The notes: generated from the sequence alone by a model not told the origin. Positions 19,941 to 30,592 are shown, counted from the first letter of the stretch. The stretch: 64,000 nucleotides of DNA from a virus (IMGVR_UViG_3300028832_000134:6086-70085), one strand, 5' to 3'. Translations and numbers: made by a program.

Positions 19941-20663
19941 TTAGAAAACAGGCTCGCCAAGCTCATCCATGGGATCAGCAGATGCCGCTCCCTCACCGCC
20001 ATCGAACTCTACCCCAGGAACTGCATTCATGGGAGGAGGAGCAATGGTAGCTGTCGGCGCAGATCTCGGAATCACACTGTAGGAAGGAAGATCAGCAGCA
20101 CCGGAGGCTGAGCTGGAGCTGTTGAACATGCGATTCATCTCAGTGATCGGTACATCCTTACAAACCATCTCATAAGAGTCGGGGAACTCGAGGCTACAGG
20201 ATTTCAGCAGATCGCTGTAGGTGGTTGTACTGATGCCCTGGATGACGATGTCGTAGGTGGTGTTCATGTCGCCGGCAGCGCCTCTGCGAGTGATCCGGAA
20301 GATGTAGGCGGAAGGATTCGGATAGTTAGTGAACACGCTGTCCATCAGCGTCTGGTTGAACCGGACATTTCTGTCCCAGAAGGCGACCTTGTTGACCGGC
20401 TCGTTGTTGATGGCGAACACATACATCGGAATGAACAGCTTGTTCTGGACGCGAATGTTGCGTGCACACGCAGGGCATCCGCGACCCTGGCAGTGGACAT
20501 ATCCGCTGTAGTCCGCCGACTTGATGTAGTGGACGCTGGCGGCCATCACATCGTTGTAATCTCGATAAAGGAAGACGACATCTGCGAAATCCCCATCGTT
20601 GCGGAGCAGGAAGAAATCGCCAGTCCGCTCCTCAGTGTACTCTTTCATTGACTTGAATGCCAT
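19941..20663 (-). CDS. Single-stranded DNA-binding protein, gp32-like
   Basis: FFLLRNDG, HY..GYVHC..CPAC zinc motif, acidic tail ending EPVF. Confidence 0.65.
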   Translation of the reverse strand: MAFKSMKEYTEERTGDFFLLRNDGDFADVVFLYRDYNDVMAASVHYIKSADYSGYVHCQGRGCPACARNIRVQNKLFIPMYVFAINNEPVNKVAFWDRNVRFNQTLMDSVFTNYPNPSAYIFRITRRGAAGDMNTTYDIVIQGISTTTYSDLLKSCSLEFPDSYEMVCKDVPITEMNRMFNSSSSASGAADLPSYSVIPRSAPTATIAPPPMNAVPGVEFDGGEGAASADPMDELGEPVF

Positions 20664-20724
20664 AGATTTTTACCTCCTGTTGGTTTATTGATGTTGGCAT
20701 AGTATATAACGATTCTGATAGATA

Positions 20725-21432
20725 TCAACAGCAGAATCCGGCCGCCATGAGAGCGGTGCGGATCTTGCTTATGACAGTAGCTTCGTACTCCCGATTGACG
20801 CGGCAGCGGGGAGTGGACTTTTCACAAGGCCCGAAAGCGGTCTTGGTCTTAGTGTCGTCTACATAGAAGGCAACAAGACCGGCAGTGCCTCCGAGTAGTT
20901 TGTTGAGAACAGCTTCCGTTCGGCCGTCGATACTGCCGTCATCGTCGCGACAAGCGGAGTAAACGATGTTCCAGAACTTGCGCCGAATGAGCTCAGCGTC
21001 GAGCCCATCCTTGCTGGGAACCAGATCGAAGAGGTCCACCTCACCATCATCAGTGAGAGTAACATTGCTGATCTCTCGAGCAAACCGCTCACGCTCAAGA
21101 ACAAGATCGTGACAGATACAGTACAAGCAGTTGAAAGCTACCTGATAGATGTAAGAGGGGCTGAACCGCTTAGAGTTAGCTGAGATGACCGGGACGTTCT
21201 TCTGGAGGTACTGAAGGATGGTGGATACGCCATCTTCCTCAGGCGTGTAGTAGCTGCGGACCTTGTACCAGGCGAGGGTTATCTGCTCGTAGAACTGAAC
21301 ATACAAAGCCGCTGCCCTAAGATCATCGGACGGCCGAGAAGAAGACAAGGCCATCCAATCATCAAAGGTCAGCGGATTGGTATAACAAAGAGCCTCAACG
21401 AAGAGAGATCTAGTTTCAGCGAAAGCGTTCAT
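20725..21432 (-). CDS. ECF/sigma70-like factor (tentative)
   Basis: EEDGVSTIL...KRFSPSYIYQVAFN resembles sigma region 2; preceded by a consensus sigmaA promoter. Confidence 0.45.
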   Translation of the reverse strand: MNAFAETRSLFVEALCYTNPLTFDDWMALSSSRPSDDLRAAALYVQFYEQITLAWYKVRSYYTPEEDGVSTILQYLQKNVPVISANSKRFSPSYIYQVAFNCLYCICHDLVLERERFAREISNVTLTDDGEVDLFDLVPSKDGLDAELIRRKFWNIVYSACRDDDGSIDGRTEAVLNKLLGGTAGLVAFYVDDTKTKTAFGPCEKSTPRCRVNREYEATVISKIRTALMAAGFCC

Positions 21433-21525
21433 GGGAGTACCTACCTTTCTGTCCTATTGGACTTCTTGATGTATGTTGAGAGTATGTAGGTTAAAAGAAT
21501 TGAACATGGTCCTACCTACAAGTAT

Positions 21526-21554
21526 ATTATAAGCCCTGCAGGTTGAGAAGTCAA
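21526..21554 (-). promoter_or_regulatory. Host sigmaA-type promoter
   Basis: TTGACT-17 nt-TATAAT. Confidence 0.85.
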
Positions 21555-21581
21555 GTATTATTTTGAATTTCTTCAAAAATT

Positions 21582-21785
21582 TTAGTGTTCATTATCACAG
21601 ATAACATGAAGAAGCGTTGTCATCGCAAGCTCCATTCCTGCGACCTTACCAGCTAAGAAGACATTCTCCTGTGTCTTCTGTCGGTTGGAACGCTTCATAG
21701 CAGCAATAATATCACGAAGTGCGTTGTTCTCGCACTGTAGTTGTTCGTACTTAGTAAGATGATTGGACAATAAATACACCTCCAT
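21582..21785 (-). CDS. Hypothetical protein
   Basis: Coupled to the primase stop. Confidence 0.55.
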   Translation of the reverse strand: MEVYLLSNHLTKYEQLQCENNALRDIIAAMKRSNRQKTQENVFLAGKVAGMELAMTTLLHVICDNEH

Positions 21786-22780
21786 TATTCACGTTCAGAG
21801 TACAGTTTATCAAACTCTTCTTTGGTTACATCATTGACATCTTTTCCTGGTGGAAATCGAACAGTCCATATGATAGCTACATCGCTTAACTGTCGTTTGA
21901 GCTTAGCCGCGGCACGACTTCCTGCATCATCACCATCCATGCACAACACAAATTCAGGCACCCCTAATTCTCGAAGTTGCTGTAGCTGATACGCATTTCC
22001 TGTACCAAGCAAGGCAACTGCCGGATAGCCCCATGTCCAACAGGTCAACGCGTTGATTGCTGACTCACAGATGATCAACGACTTACATCTAGGTGGAATC
22101 ATGTCGACCCCAAACACAGGCTTAGTAACACCTTCAGGATAGTTGTACATCTTTCCCTGAATGGATCGTCTACATAGAAACAAGGTTCTTCCCTCCTTGT
22201 CTCGTACTGGAATGGTTATGCAAGGCACAGGCTTGCTCCTTCCAGGTGGGATCCAATTAGCATCATAACCAACATCAAATTGTTCAATCACAGCATCAGT
22301 CAAGTGTCGCTCATACATGTAAGGAACAATGAAACGATAAGATGCTAGTTCTCCTTCAGATACAATCGGCCATGCAGGAGCATTCTGTGCAGCTTTCAGA
22401 TAGTTGATAGCAAACTGATTAGATAGATCCTGGATAAGAGTATCGGGAACAAGCAGATCCAAATCAGCACTTACATCAAACCCTGGTATATTTTCCTTCA
22501 GCCAATCTAGTCCAGATTTGCTGATGGAGTGATTCTTTAGTATGTCAGTTAGTGCGGACACCATGTCGTTCACATAACCACAAGAAAAGCAATGCCACCA
22601 GCCCTCAGGATAGTGCTGACCGTTTCGCCACTGATCTACAAGAAGGACACCACAAGATGGTTTCTTCTCATTTCCAGAACTGTGGAATGGACAGTAGCAG
22701 GTCATGTAATCCCCGCTTACTTTATTCAATCGAACTAGCTTTGCTGATTCTAACCGATCTAAGATTGCACGAACGTCCAT
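21785..22780 (-). CDS. dnaG: DNA primase (CHC2 zinc finger + Toprim)
   Basis: CPFH...WHCFSC, ICESAINAL, CMDGDDAG. Confidence 0.9.
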   Translation of the reverse strand: MDVRAILDRLESAKLVRLNKVSGDYMTCYCPFHSSGNEKKPSCGVLLVDQWRNGQHYPEGWWHCFSCGYVNDMVSALTDILKNHSISKSGLDWLKENIPGFDVSADLDLLVPDTLIQDLSNQFAINYLKAAQNAPAWPIVSEGELASYRFIVPYMYERHLTDAVIEQFDVGYDANWIPPGRSKPVPCITIPVRDKEGRTLFLCRRSIQGKMYNYPEGVTKPVFGVDMIPPRCKSLIICESAINALTCWTWGYPAVALLGTGNAYQLQQLRELGVPEFVLCMDGDDAGSRAAAKLKRQLSDVAIIWTVRFPPGKDVNDVTKEEFDKLYSERE

Positions 22781-22795
22781 AAGGTCACCTTCAGT

Positions 22796-23098
22796 TTACA
22801 AGAATGCCCCACAGTATGGACATCTTGGAGGCATCTCATACTGAATTGTTGTTTGGTGTTTGTGCTTACAAACCGAACAGGTCTGAGTGACAATACCATC
22901 CGATCCATGATAGACATCTTGCCAGCGACCCGAAACTACTTCAACAACATTCGCAGGTTGCATTGAACTCGCAGCTAAGAGTATCTGACCTTTAGCGTAG
23001 TTGTACTTAGGATCACGCTGAGCCGACTTTGTGAATGGAGGAGTTCGATCAATTATCTCACGGAATTCGTGAATCTCGAAATAATGTTTGTCAGCCAT
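22796..23098 (-). CDS. Zinc-ribbon protein
   Basis: CSVC...CPYCG. Confidence 0.6.
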   Translation of the reverse strand: MADKHYFEIHEFREIIDRTPPFTKSAQRDPKYNYAKGQILLAASSMQPANVVEVVSGRWQDVYHGSDGIVTQTCSVCKHKHQTTIQYEMPPRCPYCGAFL

Positions 23099-23553
23099 TA
23101 TCCTGCCTCCTTAATTGGATTTCCGCAGAATGGGCAATAGCGCGGCAGTGTGTTAGCTTTCATAACAGTTCCACCACCAAAACATCTATCTCCTTCCCAA
23201 GACTCAGTACGAAGAGTGGTCCGACACATTGAGCAGAGATAACGCTTGCGATAGTACCATCGTGAAGGATCACCCGACATCGGCTCGCTAGGATCATCTT
23301 CAATCACTAGAGACTCTGCTGGAGGATCGAAAACCGCACCACCAAGCGAAGTTGACTGAATGGTGTAAGCGTTTCTGAGAGGATGCATTCTATCATACGG
23401 CGTCTTTGCGCAAGTCTCACCAGAATGGTATGCTACAAAAGCACCATCCGCACGGAGTGACTTGATCCTACCTAGCTCAAAGCTATCTCCATTCTGGTAT
23501 ACAATATAATCACCAGGATGAAGAACAGCATCACCAAGATTTACTTGATCCAT
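23098..23553 (-). CDS. Zinc-ribbon protein
   Basis: CSMC...CPFCG. Confidence 0.6.
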   Translation of the reverse strand: MDQVNLGDAVLHPGDYIVYQNGDSFELGRIKSLRADGAFVAYHSGETCAKTPYDRMHPLRNAYTIQSTSLGGAVFDPPAESLVIEDDPSEPMSGDPSRWYYRKRYLCSMCRTTLRTESWEGDRCFGGGTVMKANTLPRYCPFCGNPIKEAG

Positions 23554-23556
23554 GAT

Positions 23557-24246
23557 TCAGGCCCCCTCTCGATACATTTCTGCTCGCATGCCGTTTCCAA
23601 GAATGTTGAAATACTTAAACAAGAACGCTCTTTGTGCTTTTGTGAGCGGCTTTGTATGCGTGACAACAATCCCATCAAGCCCTGGAGAGTCGATGAGGAC
23701 GTATCCTCTCTCCTCAATTAGATAAGTCCGCCAGAGATCAACTTCATCCGACTTCTTCCAACCATTTCTTTCGACAATCTTGAACGCTTCGCTTTCGTGC
23801 ATTCCCCATGGGCTCGGATCAAACTCTCCCTCCGGGGAAAGCCATCCGTATTTTGACGGCATCTTCGTCTCCGGTGGGGAAGGCACATCTTTCTTGTAGC
23901 CTTCCGGAAAGATCCCAGCTACGTAGTCGGCCAAGTGCTTATTCAGCTTCTCCATATCAGGCTCTAGATCCATGACCTCGTTTCCTGTAAGCCACGGCGC
24001 GTCTTCTCCTTGTGATACAGAGATCCACTCCCAAGACGCTCGAGAGCAAAAATGGAAACCGACATGATACACTTCTGCGGCATAATAGAGTCCAAGCCTC
24101 ATGTCCATGCTAAGCGAAAGAGTCGGAAGCATGTTCGAATCTCCCATCTCAATAAGTGGAGAAAGCATGCACTTCATGAAACTTCTGAGGTTCATATCAC
24201 GCACATCTTCCACGAACAACACCTCCTTAACTGTGTTCAATAACAA
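23557..24246 (-). CDS. Hypothetical phage protein
   Basis: GWLSPEG...H motif common in phage ORFs. Confidence 0.6.
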   Translation of the reverse strand: MLLNTVKEVLFVEDVRDMNLRSFMKCMLSPLIEMGDSNMLPTLSLSMDMRLGLYYAAEVYHVGFHFCSRASWEWISVSQGEDAPWLTGNEVMDLEPDMEKLNKHLADYVAGIFPEGYKKDVPSPPETKMPSKYGWLSPEGEFDPSPWGMHESEAFKIVERNGWKKSDEVDLWRTYLIEERGYVLIDSPGLDGIVVTHTKPLTKAQRAFLFKYFNILGNGMRAEMYREGA

Positions 24247-24252
24247 TAACGA

Positions 24253-25599
24253 TCAGAACTCAACATCAGTATCCCAATCATCTCCGTTGTCAGAAATGAT
24301 ACTAGGATCCGGAGCAGACTCAGGATTAGTAATAGGAGTAGTAACTGATGCAATGGTTTGACTCAAGCTGTCAGACCCACCTCCAGGAAGATACTGACAA
24401 TTGCCGTTGTCTACATCCCAAGCATAAGACAACACAGGTTTCTGGTTCGCAGCATTTCTAGATTTTTCAAGACGAATATCCAAAACATGTTTCTCGAAGA
24501 CTTGACGAAGTGAAAACGCCTGCGTTGCAATTCTACCAGGATGATCAGATCCTTCGGCGTTGTACAGGTTAGGAAATGGTTCACCTTTGTCATCTTTAGA
24601 CTCTCGGGTTTCTCTGTTTGCTTGCATTGCAACGACGACCGCACAGCCGAACTCCTTACTTAGCTTGAATAGATCACCACAGATGTTCTTGTACTTTTCA
24701 TGGTCTCTAGTAGATGGACGATCGTCTGCCATGTAAGACAGACCATCGACAATTAGAAGTTTGATACCATGTTTCTGTACAAGCGCTCGAAGACTAGAAA
24801 CAGAAACGGATCCTCCTTCCATATCTTTGTCTTCTACAATGAATGCAGGCGTCTGCTCATTCGATAGATGCTGTATATATTCGATATACTGGGTTGTGTA
24901 CTTTCCTTGATGCAGCTTGCTATTTTGGAAGTGACCACGCCAAGTATCAAATCTAGTACCTAAGAAACTGGACTGCATCTCAGGAGAATAGTACAACACA
25001 GGAAATCCATTCTTCTGTGCACTCTCCATCATTCGAGTACACACCCAGGACTTACCTGTATTAGTTCGAGCTAAGATGATGAGTAACTCTTCTACGGTAG
25101 ACAATCCACCATACATGAGTTTGTCGATTTCAGGAAATCCTGTTGGTATTCTCGCTTTCTTGTTGAATTCTACAATACGATCAGCACGTTCAGCAGCATC
25201 CTTGATAATGTCTAACGGTTGAGTAGGATTGAGCTGTTCAACTCGATCGCACTGCATAGCAAGGAACTTCCAAGCATCATTCACATCACCTGAACCAAGA
25301 TCCTTAAGTCGATTGAATGTCTCTAGTAAAATGATCCGCTTCTTGTTGTTGCGAAGCTCCTCTACTAGGAAATCCAATGGCTCAGATACCTTCACTAAAG
25401 TGACATCTGGATACTGTGACTGGAAAGTAAATATATCTGGAACTGTGTTATATTGTCGAACATGCTGGAGAATGAACTGCATGTGAGGCCGGAACACAGA
25501 ATAGTAAGTATCATCAAACTCCAGAAGACGCGCAACCTCTCGTTCGTCAGAGGAAGTTAACAGCTTAGAAAGTATCTGGAGCTCAATAGAAGCAATCAT
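24253..25599 (-). CDS. dnaB: Replicative helicase, DnaB-like (SF4)
   Basis: IPTGF, ARTNTGKS, YSPEM, IVDGLSYM, MQANR, LEKSR. Confidence 0.9.
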   Translation of the reverse strand: MIASIELQILSKLLTSSDEREVARLLEFDDTYYSVFRPHMQFILQHVRQYNTVPDIFTFQSQYPDVTLVKVSEPLDFLVEELRNNKKRIILLETFNRLKDLGSGDVNDAWKFLAMQCDRVEQLNPTQPLDIIKDAAERADRIVEFNKKARIPTGFPEIDKLMYGGLSTVEELLIILARTNTGKSWVCTRMMESAQKNGFPVLYYSPEMQSSFLGTRFDTWRGHFQNSKLHQGKYTTQYIEYIQHLSNEQTPAFIVEDKDMEGGSVSVSSLRALVQKHGIKLLIVDGLSYMADDRPSTRDHEKYKNICGDLFKLSKEFGCAVVVAMQANRETRESKDDKGEPFPNLYNAEGSDHPGRIATQAFSLRQVFEKHVLDIRLEKSRNAANQKPVLSYAWDVDNGNCQYLPGGGSDSLSQTIASVTTPITNPESAPDPSIISDNGDDWDTDVEF

Positions 25600-26261
25600 C
25601 CGACAGTGTCGCCTCCTTCCCCGCGAAGCTTGCGCTTCAACAGATCAAAGAAACTACCCTTGCCGACTAGGTTGCTAACATCAGGAATGACGATAAGTGT
25701 TTTCTGCTCCGGCTTAGATCGACTCTGAATCAAATTGAGGAGCGTTTGGCTTTCAAAGTCTCCGAAACTTACATAGTCTAGATTTGAGATAATAAGTACT
25801 CTAGCAGAGCCTGCCCAGATCCGTGTATACTCTAGCTCCTCAGATTCAACTTTTGTATTCCAGCTCTGTTTCAGCATGTCCAGATACTGAGAATATCGAA
25901 GATTGTATACAGTGCAGTGCAGTTGACTACCTTTCCAATTCTGGCAGATGGCACAGTAAGTCAAAAGCTCAGCAGCAGCGACGGTGTTCTGTGCATTCAC
26001 TACAGAAAATGACTTAGTCTCATTCAGCTTATCTAAGTAGAAATTCACATGACGGACATCTTGACGAAATGTTGGACTACTCATGTGAATGTCATTTCGA
26101 TCTAGAAGATACGAGGTTTCTGCGAGAACAGGACAAGCCTTGTCGCAAACAAGCTGAGTACAATGTGCGCTAAAGATACAATTATCCATTGCCCAACCTC
26201 CTAAGAATAGGATTTCGGGTCTGTTTGTATGATACTCGAGAACAGACACATTTTCGCGCAA
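25596..26261 (-). CDS. DnaC/IstB-like helicase loader with degenerate P-loop
   Basis: VLIISNLDYV...LLNLIQSR...TLIVI; adjacent to the helicase. Confidence 0.55.
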   Translation of the reverse strand: MRENVSVLEYHTNRPEILFLGGWAMDNCIFSAHCTQLVCDKACPVLAETSYLLDRNDIHMSSPTFRQDVRHVNFYLDKLNETKSFSVVNAQNTVAAAELLTYCAICQNWKGSQLHCTVYNLRYSQYLDMLKQSWNTKVESEELEYTRIWAGSARVLIISNLDYVSFGDFESQTLLNLIQSRSKPEQKTLIVIPDVSNLVGKGSFFDLLKRKLRGEGGDTVG

Positions 26262-27318
26262 GCTCTACAGGATCATCAACTACACCCAACTCTGCGTATT
26301 CCGCAGGAGTAGTGAACAATGTTAAATAACGATCAAGCGATCCAAACATCGGATAGTTGTGCTTGACGCCAGAATCGCGTTCCAGCAAGTATCGCCGAAC
26401 CACATACTCTTTGATGTACTCTGCTGTCTTGGGCAGATTCTTCGTGTCTGGAAGAATGTCCCACACATCCTGAATCGGATAGAGCTCACCGTTCATTTCA
26501 ATGCTATGATAGAAACTGACGATACCTTTGGGAGTAACACGCCGTAGTTGATAGAGGTGAGGATATTCAATCACATTCCGTCTGATCTGATCTTCAGTGA
26601 AACCATTGAATGGAATTAAGAGACCTAGCTGGTCATCAAATGGGACTCCCGGCAATTCATTGTACATTACAGGGCTTCGAGTACGAATGAATTGATTCGG
26701 ATACAGCTGTAACAGCTGCACATTCGTCATGTTATTTACATCAGTGGTCACAGATATCTCATTCTGCTTAGTAGGAATTTCTGGCAAAGATGTATAGATG
26801 ACCAAGACATCGTTCCCATCAATCACCTTAACATACGGCTTAGTGTAGTCGAATCTAGGGACTAACGGAGGTTGAATATACAAGTCCTCTTTCGGAGTTG
26901 CAACAAGTTTTGGTTGTTCTTTAGGATCCAGAGGAACAAAAGCAGGAACGACTCTGTGGTTATTAGCGTCAGTAGGAATCACATCCCACTCAATAGAAGA
27001 CTCATCAACATACAATGACATCTTACTCAAGTAGTACTTCAAGACAGCATCGTCTTCTAATGATAGATTGTTGAGAGGATCCTCAGGCGACCATTCATTG
27101 GGCATGTAATCTCCAGACACAACACGATAAGTGATTGTGTTGATAACTTGACAGACCCGACGACGAAAGGCGACTCGATTCTCATAGTGATTCACTACAT
27201 AACTCACTACACTGATATGATATGTAGATAACTTGCTCTTGATATTTGCTGGATACCGAAGACGATCAGGTAACTGAGTAAATTTGATCACAGACATATT
27301 ATAATGTATCACCTCCAC
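26182..27318 (-). CDS. Hypothetical protein
   Basis: 378-aa ORF. Confidence 0.7.
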   Translation of the reverse strand: MEVIHYNMSVIKFTQLPDRLRYPANIKSKLSTYHISVVSYVVNHYENRVAFRRRVCQVINTITYRVVSGDYMPNEWSPEDPLNNLSLEDDAVLKYYLSKMSLYVDESSIEWDVIPTDANNHRVVPAFVPLDPKEQPKLVATPKEDLYIQPPLVPRFDYTKPYVKVIDGNDVLVIYTSLPEIPTKQNEISVTTDVNNMTNVQLLQLYPNQFIRTRSPVMYNELPGVPFDDQLGLLIPFNGFTEDQIRRNVIEYPHLYQLRRVTPKGIVSFYHSIEMNGELYPIQDVWDILPDTKNLPKTAEYIKEYVVRRYLLERDSGVKHNYPMFGSLDRYLTLFTTPAEYAELGVVDDPVELARKCVCSRVSYKQTRNPILRRLGNG

Positions 27319-28273
27319 GCTTATGAAGTTTCAGCAACTGAATACCGTCAGGATCAATCAATTCATAGTGTGTATGCCAATGAGCAACTCGAGGACAAAC
27401 ATCATGACATAGATCCAACAAATCATTAGAAGTGAAGTAGATATGAGAACAAGATGATGCTGACATTGATTGAAGCCCATAATCCATAAGAACATCCCAC
27501 AACACCAATGAGACCGCAGACATCTTGTCCTCTGTCAGATTCTTCTGAAACTGATAGACACTATAAGGTAACGGATAGTTGCTAGTATTAGGATCGTCTA
27601 GTGATTTGCACCAAGAGTTGAACGTATCAATGAAGGTGCTTTCATCACCATGTGCGATTGAGTGACCGTAGGCCAGCACGATTGCGCGAGCCCAATCTTT
27701 CACATGATTGATGTTGTACCGAAAGTTGCTTTCTGATTGACGATCATTCAAGAACCTGTGATGATACCAAGTGGAAAGCAATCGAGCACACCGAGATGCT
27801 TCAACAAACGGCAAGTCCATTTCACTCATTTTCTGTAAGATGTTGCCGAACTTCGCAATCTCAATTCTTCGATCTGATTTCGTTGACTTCTCTGTTCTAT
27901 CAGCAGGGCGAATCAATTGCAACGATCCACACTTGATCAATGTATCAGTTATGTGCCGTTGAATAGTGCTACATGTACTGTAGATTTCAGCTAGATCTGA
28001 TTGTGTTTGAGAGTACGGTCGAGTAGCCGAAACTTCTTCAATATAGCGCAACAGCTTCTGCGCGTGTACCTTTGCTGCTGCAGAGCTAATCAATCGTGAA
28101 TGCACCTCCTCCCCAAAACAAAAAGACGGTGGTTGTAGCGTTGACTCTATGCTAACCTCTCTCCCGGCAGACCGCGTCAGCTTCCCTGAATCATCGACAG
28201 AGCCTTGCGACAAGATGCGCCAAGGCGGATGAGTCAGATCCACTCGGTTGCTTAATATCGGAACCGTGAACAC
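27299..28273 (-). CDS. Hypothetical protein (possible origin-binding initiator by position)
   Basis: 324-aa ORF directly downstream of the sigmaA promoter and repeat array. Confidence 0.6.
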   Translation of the reverse strand: MFTVPILSNRVDLTHPPWRILSQGSVDDSGKLTRSAGREVSIESTLQPPSFCFGEEVHSRLISSAAAKVHAQKLLRYIEEVSATRPYSQTQSDLAEIYSTCSTIQRHITDTLIKCGSLQLIRPADRTEKSTKSDRRIEIAKFGNILQKMSEMDLPFVEASRCARLLSTWYHHRFLNDRQSESNFRYNINHVKDWARAIVLAYGHSIAHGDESTFIDTFNSWCKSLDDPNTSNYPLPYSVYQFQKNLTEDKMSAVSLVLWDVLMDYGLQSMSASSCSHIYFTSNDLLDLCHDVCPRVAHWHTHYELIDPDGIQLLKLHKRGGDTL

Positions 28274-28343
28274 AGTAGGTCGTAGCTACTGCGTTCCAGT
28301 TAGCACAGAATCAACGCTACGACCGCCGTCTCTGTACACAGAT

Positions 28344-28372
28344 ATTATAAGCCCTCTGGCTTGAGAAGTCAA
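28344..28372 (-). promoter_or_regulatory. Host sigmaA-type promoter
   Basis: TTGACT-17 nt-TATAAT, near-identical to 21526-21554. Confidence 0.85.
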
Positions 28373-28519
28373 GATAATTTTGTCAAGATGCACAAAAATC
28401 TAGTTCACTAACTATAACGATTCACCAGGCCTAGAAGGTTGCATATAATTCTTTTTGTTGTTTTCATTTTATGAAAACTGTATTATCTGTATTCTATTAT
28501 TTGTATATTTGTGTCCAGT

Positions 28520-28692
28520 CAAATCCTTCATTTGACGAATTTGTCCATATCAAATCCTTCATTTGAAAGATTTGATACCATGGATTGCAACCGGTATCAC
28601 AGACCAAATCCTTCATTTGACAGATTTGTCCACATACAAATCCTTCGTTTGACAGATTTGATGCACCACAAATCCTTCATTTGACGGATTTC
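28520..28692. repeat. Iteron-like array, 5 x 24 bp CAAATCCTTCATTTGACRGATTTG
   Basis: Copies start at 28520, 28551, 28605, 28637, 28669; AT-rich tract at about 28440-28510; sixth copy at 29340-29363. Confidence 0.85.
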
Positions 28693-28754
28693 ATTTTTGA
28701 TTGATTACTAAAATGAGATCATTCATAACCTTATATACAATTGAGGTGAATAAA

Positions 28755-29285
28755 ATGAATTCAGTAGTATGGAAAACTACAACAATGAATGCAGGGTATG
28801 AGGTATCAGAAGATGGCCAAGTTCGTCGAGCTCACAAACTGATGAATCTGCCAGAGGGCGGTACATTGAGCTTAGCAGAACAGCCATTGCGTCCATATAT
28901 CAATCAAGGATACCTGTTTGTGAATTTCTCTGGGCGGAGCTTTGCTATTCATCGCCTAGTTGCAGAACACTTTGTTGATAACCCTAATCACTATAATAAT
29001 GTTCACCATGTCGACGGTAATCACTTCAACAACAAAAAAGACAATTTGAAGTGGATTTCTGATAAAGAACAGATGGATCTGATTAGAAAATCTCCTAGGT
29101 ACACAGAGAGCCGCAGAAAGTCAGTTCAAGTCATTCGACAAGAAACAGGAGTAAGCTACAGCAGCATTCGTGCAGCATATGAGGCAATCAAACCTGAGAT
29201 TGAAGGCCCATTCATCTATGAAAAACTGCGTCAAAGTGTACAGAACTCGACTAGTTACTGTGGGGTCACATTAACTCGAACATAG
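28755..29285 (+). CDS. HNH homing endonuclease (NUMOD4-like N-terminus)
   Basis: YEVSEDGQVR, IHRLVAEHF, VHHVDGNHFNNKKDNLKW; start set at MNSVVWK after GAGGTG. Confidence 0.85.
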   Translation: MNSVVWKTTTMNAGYEVSEDGQVRRAHKLMNLPEGGTLSLAEQPLRPYINQGYLFVNFSGRSFAIHRLVAEHFVDNPNHYNNVHHVDGNHFNNKKDNLKWISDKEQMDLIRKSPRYTESRRKSVQVIRQETGVSYSSIRAAYEAIKPEIEGPFIYEKLRQSVQNSTSYCGVTLTRT

Positions 29286-29430
29286 AATTTACGAAAAATT
29301 TACGAAAATTTAATAATTTGTGAACTATCCAGCTTCGCACAAATCTTTCATTTGACGGATTTGATTCAATATGTGAAGATCGTTATAGTAATTGCGTAGG
29401 TGTGAAACAACACCTTAGGAGGAATAGATC

Positions 29431-30204
29431 ATGGCAAAGTACGACAAGGACTATATAAAAAAGCGTACGCTAGAGATCTATGACTCTATGCCACAAGACA
29501 AAGCGCTCCGAATGCGGTGTCTCAAAGAACGCGATGAGTTGATAGAGATCAATTACTCATTCTTCGGATACATTGCAACACACACATTTATCAACAATTC
29601 CTCTGTCACTTATGAAGATAAACTTCAATCAGCTCTGTTACATTTCTGTGAATGTTTCTGGTGGTACAAATGGGACGGGTCAGGTGATCCAAACCACAAA
29701 GGATATCGCAGTGATCTAGCATTCACTGTTTTCTTCAAGCCACGTATTGGAGAGATGATAGAGCGAGAGCTCAACGAGGTCAAGTATTCAATACGCCGTT
29801 CATTGTGTATGGAGGCAGGAGAACAACTTGGAAAGCACTGGGGACAAGTAAAGTATGATGACTTAGCTCAAGTGACACTTCCAGCTGATAAGATGAATTC
29901 ATTGAAAGCAATATTCGGATCCATGTATTGGGCTGACCTAGATACGCATGCGATGTTCATCGCTGCATCTAGTAAGATCCCATCTGTACTAGATACTCTT
30001 AATGATAGATATGATTCATTAGAGGATCTGCTCATCCATGAGATGATAGATGTTGAACGTCGTCTCACCGATGCTGATTTAGTACAGATGGGAGATTTAT
30101 ATTGCATCTCAGTTGAAGACCTCAGACGCGCACTCCCAAGAGCTGAGGATATTCTATACAAACAACTTAAGGATCATCAACAGATCGCAGAAACATTTGA
30201 ATGA
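29431..30204 (+). CDS. Phage sigma70-like factor
   Basis: ERDELIEINYSFFGYIA...EDKLQSALL...FTVFFKPRIGEMIEREL resembles sigma regions 2.1-2.4. Confidence 0.6.
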   Translation: MAKYDKDYIKKRTLEIYDSMPQDKALRMRCLKERDELIEINYSFFGYIATHTFINNSSVTYEDKLQSALLHFCECFWWYKWDGSGDPNHKGYRSDLAFTVFFKPRIGEMIERELNEVKYSIRRSLCMEAGEQLGKHWGQVKYDDLAQVTLPADKMNSLKAIFGSMYWADLDTHAMFIAASSKIPSVLDTLNDRYDSLEDLLIHEMIDVERRLTDADLVQMGDLYCISVEDLRRALPRAEDILYKQLKDHQQIAETFE

Positions 30205-30220
30205 AAGGACTAGTAGTTAC

Positions 30221-30577
30221 ATGGAGAACACTCAAGTGAATTGGTCAGAACTTCTTACAGTAATTCCGGAAGAAGTGAGAAACAAGATGATATGCCAGCC
30301 GGACAAGTGTTACATCGATCTGGCGCAAGAAACTCTAGATGAGATCATTCGACAAGATGAAATCTATGGAAACCAAGATCATGTTACACCGTTTGAATGG
30401 ATGAGTATTCTAGCAGAAGAAGTAGGTGAGCTCGGTGAGGCCATCAATGAGACATTCTCGAGTGCGATCCGGCATCCAGAGCGTGGTGGCATTGAGCTAA
30501 TTCGCAAAGAAGCGATCCAAGTAGCTGCTGTTGCTTTACATATGGCGATTGTATCAGAATATCATCTGCCGAAGTAG
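30221..30577 (+). CDS. MazG-like nucleotide pyrophosphohydrolase
   Basis: LAEEVGELGEAI...RKEAIQVAAV. Confidence 0.7.
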   Translation: MENTQVNWSELLTVIPEEVRNKMICQPDKCYIDLAQETLDEIIRQDEIYGNQDHVTPFEWMSILAEEVGELGEAINETFSSAIRHPERGGIELIRKEAIQVAAVALHMAIVSEYHLPK

Positions 30578-30592
30578 CAGTTAACATAGAAG

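Noticed and set aside
28520-28692. CRISPR mini-array
   Set aside because: Spacers are 7, 30, 8 and 8 bp, too short and uneven, and no cas genes are adjacent; helical phasing fits iterons
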